Assembly (NCBI GenBank): GCA_032718475.1
Contig: JAUCBJ010001840.1
Span: forward strand, 38,302 to 102,301
DNA length: 64,000 bases
Reading direction: 5' to 3'
DNA from: Nemertoderma westbladi
Taxonomy: Eukaryota; Animalia; Xenacoelomorpha
Position 1 is the first letter of the stretch, and each line of letters opens with the position of its first letter. The translations under genes and the position numbers were made by a program. The notes under the pieces were generated by a model, which was not told where the DNA came from, searched no databases, and saw nothing but the letters and a program-made list of their open reading frames with translations. Positions 12,287 through 23,600 of this stretch are shown one piece after another.

Positions 12287-15200
12287 CTAGATTTGGGGGG
12301 GGTATACTCTATTGAGAACTATCTCCGCTCCCTTGGGGAGATTTAGATCTCGCAGTACATGAGGCCACTCATCTTCTGTCTCCCACAAGAAATCTGGACC
12401 TTTCCACCATATGGAAGAATTGACTAATTCTTCTGCTGTTGAGCCACAACAGGCCAGATCAGCTGGATTAATGGTACCAGCTATATGACGCCATTGATAT
12501 AGGAGTGATTGTTTTAATATTCGAGTCACCCGGTTTGTTATAAACACAGAGAGTTTATGTTTACGGTTATGCAGGTATTGTAATACTATGGTAGCATCAG
12601 TCCAATAATATTGTTCTACCTTAAGAGTAAGTTCAGCTGTGATGATCTCAGCAAGTTCAGTTCCCAGCACAGCAGCTTGTAATTCTGCCTTAGGGGTTGA
12701 TAGTTCTTGTTTAGGCATAATACGAGATTTTGAAGCAACAAAGGTTACTGAAAATATACCCTTCAACTCTCGTCTAAAATAGGCCGTTGCACCCATCCCA
12801 TTATCACAAGCGTCAACAAAGACATGAAGTTGAAGTTGTTCGGTTGTTTGCAAGTGAGGAAAGTATGTTCTGGGAATAGTTAATTGTTCTATATTTTTAA
12901 GGTCCTTTTCCCACTTACTCCAGGCCTCAAACAGAAGTTGGGGAATAGTATCATCCCAATCTAAATCTAAAAGCCAAGTTTTCTTAAGCAAGAACTTAGC
13001 CCTCATAATTACTGGCGCAACATATCCAAATGGGTCGAAGACCTTGTGCATTTTCGAAAGGCATTGGCGTCGTGTTTTTGCTGGCACATTATCGATAAAG
13101 GCAACTGTGAAGTAGAACTCATCTTCTTGCATTCGCCAACGTAGTCCCAATGTTTTCATTACTGGGAGCTGCTCTACATCTAAGTCTAGGGTAGGGGAGG
13201 CCCGTTCTTCTGGTGGAAATGTCTGTAGTAGTTCCTTGCTGTTGCTAGCGAATTTCACCAGTCGAAAGCCACCCCGGAGCAGGCAATCTTGAACACCATG
13301 AGCAATATCAATTAAGTTTCCACTGATTGGATGTGACTTAAGAACATCATCCATATATAAACTATTCTTTATTGTTTCAATTATAACCTTTTTGAAATCA
13401 TTGGCATTGTCATCAGCTGTTGCATACACAATACTCTCAGCATTGCTAGGTGAGGATATTACTCCAAAGGGTTGGCACTTCATCCAATATTGGCTTGGCT
13501 CACCTTCGAGCTCAGTTGTCGGCCACCAATAATATCGGAGGCTGTCTTGGTCCACTGGGAGGGCACGTACCTGTAGAAACATTGCTTCTATATCTGCTAC
13601 GAAAGCTACATTAAACTCACGAAATCTAATAAGAATTCCTACCAAAGATTGTAATAAGTTTGGTCCAGGAAGTATCTCTGTATTGAGTGATTTACCTTTA
13701 TATGTGGCATGACAGTCGAAAACAACTCGTACAGTGTTGGGTTTGTTTTCATGGGTTACAAAATGATGCGGCATAAAATATGACCTGGGACCAAATTGTT
13801 GTTGGTCAGATGGAACCAATTCTGCGCAATCAATTTTGAGGTATTTATCCATTTGATGTTGATACATATCTAAATATTTAGGGTTCTTCTTCAGCCTTTT
13901 TCTCATGTTCAGAGCTCTATTATATGCTAGGCTAGAATTGTTAATAAGCTGTGGAGGATCATCCCGCCACAGCAGGCCAGTCTGATAATGTCCATCAGGC
14001 AGAAGTTTGCGCGTCCGATGCTGGATCTCCACAGCATGGAGGTCGTCTGGAGACATTGCTAATTTATCCTCATTCACGTTAGTGCTGTCATTCTCAAGCC
14101 ATCGTTGCATGGCCAAATCAAGAGTCATATTATCCAAGGCTGAACATTCTTCATTATTATGATAATCGTCGTTGGTTCTAGATGATTCACTATGAGTCAC
14201 CAAGTGCATTAAGGTATCGTAAGTATCCTGAGTGGGCAGTTCAGTCATGTCTCTACCTAAGGCTGCCAATTCCTGTTCTATGAATGTATCTTGTAGTCGA
14301 CATACTGATTCATGAGTGAGTATTTCAATGTAATTTATACTCTCAGATTCTCTCTCTTTTAATGTTCTCTCTGATGGTCCCGAACAATACCATCCAAGAG
14401 GTGTTCGTGCCGCAAATGGCGAACTGTATTTGGATGACCCCACTCCCAAGAAAGCTGCCGGGATTGTTTCTAAAACGCGAAAGGCTTCAGGGCAGTTCTG
14501 CCCTATGAGCATGACAACCTTAGGATCTTCAGCCGTTGCTAGAGGAATCTGGTATTGTTTGGAAAAATCATCACTCAACCAGTCATGGGGAGTCCCAAGT
14601 GCGTTTTTTAAACCATTCATACGTATAATTTTGATGTTCTCTGCCATTTCCCCTTCCACGTCATCCCTGGCTGGACTAAGTTTACCCTTTGCCACTACCG
14701 TAGGCATCTCTTGGTACCAGGCTACGGCCGTTAAGTGCAGGTTAGTTTCTTTGGTTACTCCAAACAACCGGTCGAAAATATCCCCATCTAGAAAGGTAGT
14801 CGAGCTACCCGTATCTACAAGAGCATTAACAATTGTTGAACCCTTATCGCCATTTAGTCTCAAGGTCAAAACCGGAAATTCACGCACTGGACCACCTCTA
14901 CGATTGAGTCTACAGGAAATTATGGCAGCATTATCGATAAAATTTGACTCATGTTCTGCAAACTCAGTAACTCCATATTCATCACCAGCAGCATCTGAAT
15001 CTGTCTCAGATTCTACTATTCTCATTGCAGCCTCTTCTCGTTTAGTTTCACGTGAGGTAAGTTCTTCTTTATGAAGGATAGTGTGGTGGGCTTCACCACA
15101 AATTTTACAACGATTTTTATTCTTACAATGGGACCGGAGGTGGAGGCTTGATAAACAGTTGTAGCAAAGTTTTTCACGTTGACAAAAGGATCTTCTTTTC

Positions 15201-17959
15201 TCTAGATTCATCTTATTAAAGTCTTCACATTTAAACAAGTTATGGGTATCTCCACATTTAATACATTTCAACTCACCTGTCCCTCTGGATACAGTTGGTT
15301 TGGGTGGGATATTTTGTTTAGAAGGTCGAGTGATAGCATTAAGAGCCTTGGATTGTTGATGTCTTCCTTTTGCTGGCTTATGCAATTTCGCCACTATCCG
15401 ATTTAAGAACTCATCATCATCACTTGAGTCATCTGTTCTTACTGCATTTACCCTCGAAATTCTTTTAATATCTTTATTAAGAATTGTGGTATTATTGGGC
15501 TTTGCAACAGGCATTAAAACCAGAATATCCACCTCTTCTTCCAAAAACTGGACAAAATGTTCGGCTTTGGCAATATTAGGATCATTCAATCGACGCTGGT
15601 GACGTAATTGTGCCTTTACCCATCGTCGACGAGTGGGTTCTGTTAACTTAGCTGCGAGATCGTTCAATATCTTAGTGTTATCTAGCTGAGGTCCAGCCCC
15701 GAGTTGATGCAGCTGTTGGAAAGTCCATTTTACCTCATCTGCGAATTCAATTACCTTTTCAGGTTGGCTTACAGGTTCCATTTTCAAAAGTTTCTCCAAT
15801 AATGATGCAATTATGGATTGCTCTCGACCATAACGTTTGTTCAAACCTTCCCAGGCCTTTATGAATCCATCCTGAAGACCAACACAACTTTCTACCATCC
15901 TTAAAGGTGCATCTTCCACCATAGCCATCAAATAGTTCAAGTTTTCTTGATCCGTCAAGTGGAATCCCAAAACTGCTGTCTCAAAGTGATGTCTGAAGGT
16001 TACCCAATCATCTGCAGCACCAGAAAATTTCTTTAACTTTATTTTTGGAAGATTTCTCTCAGCCGTAAGTCTATTCATAGCATGTGCTATGGTTGGTTCC
16101 ATTGATGAAGTATTAATTCTACTGGACTGAAGCATCCCTATGTCCCTCGATACCAAAGGAGGTGGACACCCTTCACCCAGTGGAGCAGAAGTTGAATTTG
16201 ATCTATCAATATTATCCTGGTATGTATTATTTACTAGTTGAATTCTAGAAAGGTTATTGTGAGTTTGACCTCCTGGAGCATTCATACTACCATTGGAAGT
16301 TAGAGTTTCATGAGGGGGCAGTTGGGCCGTATCTGCATTGAGCGCAACTTCTGCTTGGATCCTATCCACATGATCAAAGCAACTCTTCCGAAGGTCCTTT
16401 AACCGTATGTCCATGTTCTTGGCTAGCTGACTTATGTGCTGTCCCCAGTGCCCATGGGGTGGTTGTAAACCCTGTATTTCATTAATCTTCTGGGATAAAC
16501 CCTGCAGACTCTGCTCCATTTCATATCTCCAATTCGAATATTGGTCTATTGGTGACCATCCCATTTTATTATCGTATATAGCATGTGTGTGTTTAGGAAT
16601 GGTTCCGCCTATACTTGTAGAGTATTGCATGGATATTGGAGGTGGTACAGGTATTGATTGTATCCTTGGATGTAAGATAACCTTTGGTTCTCTCGAGGTT
16701 TGATACCTCGGTGAAGATAATTGTGGTCTATTTCCACTTCCAGGATTCTTCTGGAAATAGTGGGAGGATGGTGCCATCTCAGTGTCCTGCCGCTCATATC
16801 TAATCTCTGAGGTTACATGTCTTGGCTCAATTCTACCAGGTTTAGGAGTTCCTTTTGCCTCTTTCAAAGCCTCTGATTCTAGGAGAATTCTATGTTTTTC
16901 CGGTGGAATTTCGTAAGCTCGCCTCTTGTTAGATACTGGTGGGCAAAACTCAACATGACGTGACAAGTCGGGTTGGGTGGTTACAACGTTGACCTTCATT
17001 CCCTTTCTATCTTCTAGGTTTTTGTCTATGAAGTGATCCTCTTGATTTTCTTCCATAACCAACCGATTCAAATCAGGTACCAGGGGTTGCTGTAAATATC
17101 GCTGCAAAGTCTCGGAACTGGGATTAATTGGAGATGAGCTGATAGGTCCTCTTGCAGCTGGTAGCAAAGACTGCCCTTCTTGTCCAATTGAAACAAAAGG
17201 GGCATCATCCAGAATGGTGTCATTTACTTCCTGCAGCTGGGACTGTAGACGGATAAATTTCTGTTGTTGATCTAGGGCATCATTCTGCAATTGAAACTCC
17301 ATATCTTTCAGTTTCTTCTGTTCCGCTAACTCCTCAAATATATTATCTTGATGATGTTGTTCCGCAGCAACTCTTTCTTCAACCTCTCGTTTCTTAGATT
17401 GGGCTATCCTTTCTTCCACAGCTTGTTGGTTGGCTCTCTTCTGGGAGCTCAGTATTATGTTATCTCTCAGTTGTTGTGCTTTTGTTTGCTTTCGTTGAGT
17501 GATCAATTCTTCCTGTTGTTGATATTCCTTAAGGCGACGATCCCTATGTTTCTTTGCTATTTCAAAGCGTTGCATCCGGTCCTCCCTTTTTGAAGAGGCA
17601 ACACTGCTTTCACTTAATGTGCAGGTCGGGGATGAAAATAGAGGCATCATTACTCCTGCTGCTCCACACCATTTTTGGTATAGACTAGATATTTTTTGGT
17701 ATCTGCCATCGTGCTCACGTGCGCGCATCTGTAATCTATGATCAAGAGTGTCCAATTGTCGGGCCTTGGCAACGAGACGTATCCACTCCAAATGAGACAT
17801 AAGGCGTTGTCGTTTTGCTTCTAATTCAACATTCCATGTGTATACTTCGTCTGGACGGTGAGCCTGGAAATACTCGTGGGTGAGTTTTGCTTCCAATCGT
17901 TTAGATACCGTGTCGACGCTGATAAATATCCGGAGCTTATGTGGTCTAAACGTCCACAA
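12287..17959 (-). CDS. Bel2 Gag-protease-RT-RNase H polyprotein
   Basis: LPKIKLKKFSG Gag motif, three knuckles (CIKC..H..C, CYNC..H..C, CKIC..HHTILH), protease ALVDTGS, RT YMDD, RNase H LHVFVDAC/WTDA/NPAD. Confidence 0.95.
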   Translation of the reverse strand: MWTFRPHKLRIFISVDTVSKRLEAKLTHEYFQAHRPDEVYTWNVELEAKRQRLMSHLEWIRLVAKARQLDTLDHRLQMRAREHDGRYQKISSLYQKWCGAAGVMMPLFSSPTCTLSESSVASSKREDRMQRFEIAKKHRDRRLKEYQQQEELITQRKQTKAQQLRDNIILSSQKRANQQAVEERIAQSKKREVEERVAAEQHHQDNIFEELAEQKKLKDMEFQLQNDALDQQQKFIRLQSQLQEVNDTILDDAPFVSIGQEGQSLLPAARGPISSSPINPSSETLQRYLQQPLVPDLNRLVMEENQEDHFIDKNLEDRKGMKVNVVTTQPDLSRHVEFCPPVSNKRRAYEIPPEKHRILLESEALKEAKGTPKPGRIEPRHVTSEIRYERQDTEMAPSSHYFQKNPGSGNRPQLSSPRYQTSREPKVILHPRIQSIPVPPPISMQYSTSIGGTIPKHTHAIYDNKMGWSPIDQYSNWRYEMEQSLQGLSQKINEIQGLQPPHGHWGQHISQLAKNMDIRLKDLRKSCFDHVDRIQAEVALNADTAQLPPHETLTSNGSMNAPGGQTHNNLSRIQLVNNTYQDNIDRSNSTSAPLGEGCPPPLVSRDIGMLQSSRINTSSMEPTIAHAMNRLTAERNLPKIKLKKFSGAADDWVTFRHHFETAVLGFHLTDQENLNYLMAMVEDAPLRMVESCVGLQDGFIKAWEGLNKRYGREQSIIASLLEKLLKMEPVSQPEKVIEFADEVKWTFQQLHQLGAGPQLDNTKILNDLAAKLTEPTRRRWVKAQLRHQRRLNDPNIAKAEHFVQFLEEEVDILVLMPVAKPNNTTILNKDIKRISRVNAVRTDDSSDDDEFLNRIVAKLHKPAKGRHQQSKALNAITRPSKQNIPPKPTVSRGTGELKCIKCGDTHNLFKCEDFNKMNLEKRRSFCQREKLCYNCLSSLHLRSHCKNKNRCKICGEAHHTILHKEELTSRETKREEAAMRIVESETDSDAAGDEYGVTEFAEHESNFIDNAAIISCRLNRRGGPVREFPVLTLRLNGDKGSTIVNALVDTGSSTTFLDGDIFDRLFGVTKETNLHLTAVAWYQEMPTVVAKGKLSPARDDVEGEMAENIKIIRMNGLKNALGTPHDWLSDDFSKQYQIPLATAEDPKVVMLIGQNCPEAFRVLETIPAAFLGVGSSKYSSPFAARTPLGWYCSGPSERTLKERESESINYIEILTHESVCRLQDTFIEQELAALGRDMTELPTQDTYDTLMHLVTHSESSRTNDDYHNNEECSALDNMTLDLAMQRWLENDSTNVNEDKLAMSPDDLHAVEIQHRTRKLLPDGHYQTGLLWRDDPPQLINNSSLAYNRALNMRKRLKKNPKYLDMYQHQMDKYLKIDCAELVPSDQQQFGPRSYFMPHHFVTHENKPNTVRVVFDCHATYKGKSLNTEILPGPNLLQSLVGILIRFREFNVAFVADIEAMFLQVRALPVDQDSLRYYWWPTTELEGEPSQYWMKCQPFGVISSPSNAESIVYATADDNANDFKKVIIETIKNSLYMDDVLKSHPISGNLIDIAHGVQDCLLRGGFRLVKFASNSKELLQTFPPEERASPTLDLDVEQLPVMKTLGLRWRMQEDEFYFTVAFIDNVPAKTRRQCLSKMHKVFDPFGYVAPVIMRAKFLLKKTWLLDLDWDDTIPQLLFEAWSKWEKDLKNIEQLTIPRTYFPHLQTTEQLQLHVFVDACDNGMGATAYFRRELKGIFSVTFVASKSRIMPKQELSTPKAELQAAVLGTELAEIITAELTLKVEQYYWTDATIVLQYLHNRKHKLSVFITNRVTRILKQSLLYQWRHIAGTINPADLACCGSTAEELVNSSIWWKGPDFLWETEDEWPHVLRDLNLPKGAEIVLNRVYPPQI

Positions 17960-18186
17960 GAGACAGTGGGGTCAATACCCTCCAATTTCAACTGCATACA
18001 AGCTGATAAGTAGGAGTCTGTGGCTCTCTCACTAAGAGGTCTCGTTGTTACAGCTAATAGCTGGTGTTCTTCTGATTTGGTTTCATCACTTTCTTGCTGT
18101 GGGGGAACTACTGTTAAGTCAGAAGCTGATGGCGAATTAGTCGGATTTTCCCCATCTGTGGTATACTGTCCATTATCATTAGACAT
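17821..18186 (-). CDS. Bel2 upstream ORF, probably the frameshifted Gag N-terminus
   Basis: ATG-initiated 121-aa ORF overlapping the polyprotein ORF, whose called start at 17959 is GTG. Confidence 0.6.
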   Translation of the reverse strand: MSNDNGQYTTDGENPTNSPSASDLTVVPPQQESDETKSEEHQLLAVTTRPLSERATDSYLSACMQLKLEGIDPTVSCGRLDHISSGYLSASTRYLNDWKQNSPTSISRLTVQTKYTHGMLN

Positions 18187-20033
18187 GTTTAAAATTGATA
18201 TATGAAATATTCAACAAAGGCCTAATAAAGCCAAATGGTCTGAATGTCTTAAAAAGAAGTAGGCTTACTACTACTTTTACTGAACCGAATATAAATGTTG
18301 GGTACTCTATCTGTACCTATTGGGAGCAGTAGGGAAGCGTAATATGATATCACTTTTTCACAAAAGATTGTATTCAATCGTGGCCAGTGGATAGCCTAAA
18401 AGATTAAAATTGGCTGAAACAGACAGGTAGGTACCGATACTGTGTTTATATTTTAAGCTTAACTGCAGAACTGCAATCAAAAACTAGTAACTTACATTTA
18501 GGCAAACACAAATATATTTACAGAATTAATAGGATTTACTGCTAGACTGAAGCAGTTAATTACTCATAAGACGAGGGTGAATAATGTCTATATTGTAAAT
18601 ATTGAAGTAGGACCTACCTAGATACACAATTAAATAGGCCTATGCACTATGGCAGCTTGGGCTGTTGGGCAGTGTATTAAATACTAAATACATATAGGCT
18701 AGCTATATACTGATATTTATATAGATATGAACCATATATTGGTAGATACTAGACAATCTGTCAGTGCCTATACTCAGATATCGGTACTTTATATATATAA
18801 TAACGAAATAACGTCTGAGTTGAGTATATGTAGGACGCTATTACCTTTAATATTATTATGTAATAATATTAATATACACACTTTAATATACAATAATAGC
18901 CTATCAAATACTGGTACTGAAATTGGTTAACTCGGTCTATCAACCAGTTATGAGTTCTGGAGTTAACTAGGTTATATACCGTACAGATATATAGATATAT
19001 ATATATATATATACCGGTATATATAGCAGTATAGGCTGATAGGCAAAACTCCTGATACCGGTATACCACTAAATCTGAACAGAAGCAGAAGGTATATATT
19101 TATTTAATTTATGCAAAATATTACCAGTACCGGTATCAGAATTTAAATTTGATATTTCTTGGAATTAAAATTTGAATTAATCTGAATGTGGGAATGTGAA
19201 AATGCACAACTTCACAGATCATCAGATTATAATCATGAATAACTAAAATATTAGGCCTACCTGTGTTCAGATTAGATATTTAAGACCGGTAGGCCTAGGC
19301 TACTCGCAAATGTACGGTAGCAGGGACACAGACTGCAGGACTGACAGAAAACAGGTTCAAGACTGTATTGGCCTAGGTAGGCCTATATCTGTATATAAAA
19401 CAAACACACACACAAAAGTGCAAAAACATAAACAACTCAAATACACCTGAAAGTTTAGGTCTACTCATTCACAAAACTACCGCTGATTGAGCTTAGTTCC
19501 CTAATGTATGAATAGGGTTGTATTTAGAGTATAGGTACCAGTATAAAATTTATTACAGGTACCGCACCGGTAATTATATATATTGCAAATCTATACGGTA
19601 AACTACCGACAGACCGGTACGTTCCCAGCAGAAATGTCGCAATATAAAAGGATGTTTGCAGGTTTGGCCAATTAAATGTCAGAACGCGGTTTGACATTGA
19701 CAGTTTAATTCAGCCGGTAAACATATAGGTTTGTGCCAAAAACTAAATTAAATTTGGCGGAAAAACAATAATAATGACTTGGATTGATTATAATTTTTCC
19801 AGGGCAAATGTTCGACCGGTTGCGGAAGCGAACGTCTGTCCTACCCAGCGCATATACACAGGTTGATGACCAACTGACAAAAGACACTCGATATGCGAGG
19901 TAATCTAAAGTAAATTGATCGCAGACTACAGAGTCTTTGGTGAAGAGCTGCCGTAGTCCACTAATCACCAAGGCTGCTGAGCCGAGGAAATTGTGAAGAA
20001 CTGCGATTTTATTTTAAATTCAAAAGTTCTTAT

Positions 20034-20635
20034 TATCACGTTGGCTAAAAGAATCCTTTGTGAAGATTCTATAGCCGGGAAGGAAATAAGGAGGGCCGGT
20101 TGCGGTACTCCAAGTATTTCTTACCCTGGGCCACGTGTAAGCCTTGACTGGGCTGATAATTCTAGAGCTCCTTTTATAAGGATGTCCAAACCTCCCAAAC
20201 AGACTCCAGGCTCTCCCTGCACCTTAATATAAATACCCAAACTGCCAAACCCAATAGAGTTACCTGATTGCCAAAGTTACCTTGCTCGCTTGACCGCGAG
20301 TGAAGCCCCTCCCCACGGCGGAATAGAGTGACGGAAATATAAGTTGTAACCCACGATATAATAGAGAACGGACGACGGACCCGGTGACCTGGTGGATTGT
20401 TCTAGGCGCTGGTGAGTAATGTTGTTTGTTATTGTAGGATTGGGAACAAATCCCATAAGAACTTTATGAATTCTCCCAGTCAGTAGTTAGCAGTACTGCA
20501 GTATGCCTACATCGGTAGGCTACTCTCTGTGTTGCAGGAGTAGTGCAGTCGTGTCCTGTCACTTCTGCTGTCTGCTATCTGATGGATACCGGAAGTGTCA
20601 TTTTGTCATTTTACAGGCCACCAGGTGACGTCATA
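20034..20635 (-). repeat. Bel2 5' LTR
   Basis: Direct repeat of 8525-9126; sense TATAAAAG at 20178-20171 is a candidate TATA box. Confidence 0.97.
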
Positions 20636-23600
20636 CAGGGTATTTCTATTAAAAACGACAGGTGCTGAGTAAGAGAAGGAGCGAGCACCAAAGGATACTA
20701 GGTTAAAAACGACAGTTGCTGAGTAAGAGGAGGAGTGAGCGCCAAAGGATACTAGGTTGTAACGGGGTATTTCTAATAAAAACGACAGGTGCTGAGTACG
20801 AGAAGGGCGAGCACCAAAGGATACTAGGTTGTAATGGGGTATTTTTATTAAAAACGATAGGTGCTGAGTAACAGAAAGAGCGAGTGCCAAAGGATACAAG
20901 GTTGTAACGGGGTATTTCTATTAAAAACAACAGGTGCTGAGTACGAGAAGGAGCGAGCGCCAAAGGGTACTAGGTTATAACAGGGTATTTATATTAAAAA
21001 CGACAGGTGCTGAGTAAGAGAAAGAGCGAGCACCAAAGGATACTAGGTTAAAAACGACAGTTGCTGAGTAAGAGGAGGAGTGAGCGCCAAAGGATACTAG
21101 GTTGTAACAGGGTATTTCTAATAAAAACGACAGGTGCTGAGTACGAGAAGGAGCGAGCACCAAAGGATACTACGTTAAAAACGACAGTTGCTGAGTAAGA
21201 GGAGGAGTGAGTGCCAAAGGATACTAGGTTGTAACGGGGTATTTCTAATAAAAACGACAGGTGCTGAGTAAGAGAAGGAGCGAGCGCCAACTGATACTAG
21301 GTTGTAACGGGGTATTTCTATTAAAAACGACAGGTGCTGCTTATGAGAAGGAGCGAGCGCCAAAGAATACTAGGTTGTAATGGGGTATTTCTATTAAAAA
21401 CAACAGGTGCTGAGTACGAGAAGGTGCGAGCGCCAAAGGGTACTAGGTTATAACAGGGTATTTCTATTAAAAACGACAGGTGCTGAGTAAGAGAAGGAGC
21501 GAGCACCAAAGGATACTAGGTTAAAAACGACAGTTGCTGAGTAAGAGGATGAGTGAGCGCCAAAGGATACTAGATTGTAACAGGGTATTTCTAATAAAAA
21601 CGACAGGTGCTGAGTAAGAGAAGGAGCGAGTGCCAAAGGATACTAGGTTGTAACGGGGTATTTTTATTAAAAACGACAGGTGCTGAGTAAGAGAAGGAGC
21701 GAGCGCCAAAGGATACTAGATTGTAACGAGGTATTTCTAATAAAAACGACAGGTGCTGAATACGAGAAGGAGCGAGCGCTGAAGGATACTAGGTTGTAAC
21801 GGGGTATTTTTATTAAAAACGACAGGTGCTGAGTAAGAGGAGGAGTGAGCGCCAAAGGATACTAAGTTGTAACGGGGTATTTCTAATAAAAACGACAGGT
21901 GCTGAATACGAGAAAGAGTGAGTGCCAAATGGTTACTAGGTTGTAACAGGGTATTTCTATTAAAAACGACAGGTGCTGAGTAAGAGAAGGAGCGAGCACC
22001 AAAGGATACTAGGTTAAAAACGACAGTTGCTGAGTAAGAGGAGGAGTGAGCGCCAAAGGATACTAGGTTGTAACGGGGTATTTCTAATAAAAACGACAGG
22101 TGCTGAGTACGAGAAGGAGCGAGCACCAAAGGATACTAGGTTGTAATGGGGTATTTTTATTAAAACGAAAGGTGCTGAGTAAGAGAAGGAGCGAGCGCCA
22201 AAGGATACTAGGTTGTAACGTGGTATTTCTATTAAAAACGATAGGTGCTGGTGCTGAGTAACAGAAGGAGCGAGTGCCAAAGGATACTAGGTTGTAATGG
22301 GAGGATTTTTATTAAAAACGACAGGTGCTGAGTAAGAGAAGGAGCGAGTGCCAAAGGATACTAGGTTGTAATGGGGTATTTTAATTAAAAACGATAAGTG
22401 TTGAGTAAGAGAAGGAGCGAGTGCCAAAGGATACTAGGTTGTAATGGGGTATTTTTATTAAAAACGACAGGTGCTGAGTAAGAGAAGGAGCGAGTGCCAA
22501 ATGATACTAGGTTGTAACAGGGTATTTTTATTAAAAACGACAGGTGCTGAGTACGAGAAGGAGCGAGTGCCAAAGGATACTAGGTTGTAATGGGGTATTT
22601 TTTATTAAAACGACAGGTGCTGAGTAAGAGAAGGAGTGAGTGCCAAAGGATACTAGGTTATAACAGGGTTTTCCTATTAAAAACGACAGGTGCTGCTTAT
22701 GAGAAGGAGCGAGTGCCAAAGAATACTAGGTTGTAACGGGGTATTTCTATTAAAAACGACAGGTGCTGAGTAAGAGAAGGAGCGAGTGCCAAAGGATACT
22801 AGGTTGTAACGGGGTATTTCTATTAAAAACGACAGGTGCTGAGTAAGAGAAGGAGCGATTGCCAAAGGATACTAGGTTGTAACGGGGTATTTCTATTAAA
22901 AACGACAGGTGCTGCTTATGAGAAGGAGCGAGCGTCAAAGAATACTAGGTTGTAACAGGGTATTTCTATTAAAAATGACAGGTGCTGGGTAAGAGAAGGA
23001 GCGAGCACCAAAGGATACTAGGTTGTAACAGGGTATTTCTATTAAAAACGATGGGTGCTGAGTAAGAGATGGAGCGAGCGCCAAAGGATACCAGGTTGTA
23101 ACGGGGTATTTTTATTAAAAACGACAGGTGCTGAGTAAGAGAAGGAGTGAGCGCCAAAGGTTAATAGGTTGTAATGGGGTATTTCTATTAAAAACGATGG
23201 GTGCTGAGTAAGAGAAGGACCGAGCGCCAAAGGATACTAGGTTGTAATGGGGTATTTCTATTAAAAACGATGGGTGTTGAGTAAGAGAAGGAGCGAGCGC
23301 CAAAGGATACTAGGTTGTAATGGGGTATTTCTATTAAAAACAATGGGTGTTGAGTAAGAGAAGGAGCGAGTGCCAAAGGATACTAGGTTGTAACGGGGTA
23401 TTTCTGTTAAAAACGATGGGTGCTGAGTAAGAGAAGGACCGAGCGCCAAAGGATACTAGGTTGTAATGGGGTATTTCTATTAAAAACGATGGGTGTTGAG
23501 TAAGAAAAGGAGCGAGCGCCAAAGGATACTAGGTTGTAACGGGGTATTTCTGTTAAAAACGATGGGTGCTGAGTAAGAGAAGGACCGAGCGCCAAAGGAT

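Larger units (their letters stand above)
8525..20635 (-). mobile_element. Bel2: full-length young Bel/Pao LTR retrotransposon inserted in the satellite
   Basis: 602-bp LTRs at 8525-9126 and 20034-20635 (4 substitutions seen), 5-bp TSD CAGGG (8520-8524, 20636-20640), Gag-PR-RT-RH-IN coding region, PPT next to the 3' LTR. Confidence 0.97.

Noticed and set aside
19950-19972. Displaced tRNA PBS (sense TGGTGATTAGTGGAC) in the Bel2 leader
   Set aside because: About 65 nt from the LTR and not recognisable as the complement of a tRNA 3' end; a host tRNA scan is needed to exclude it fully.
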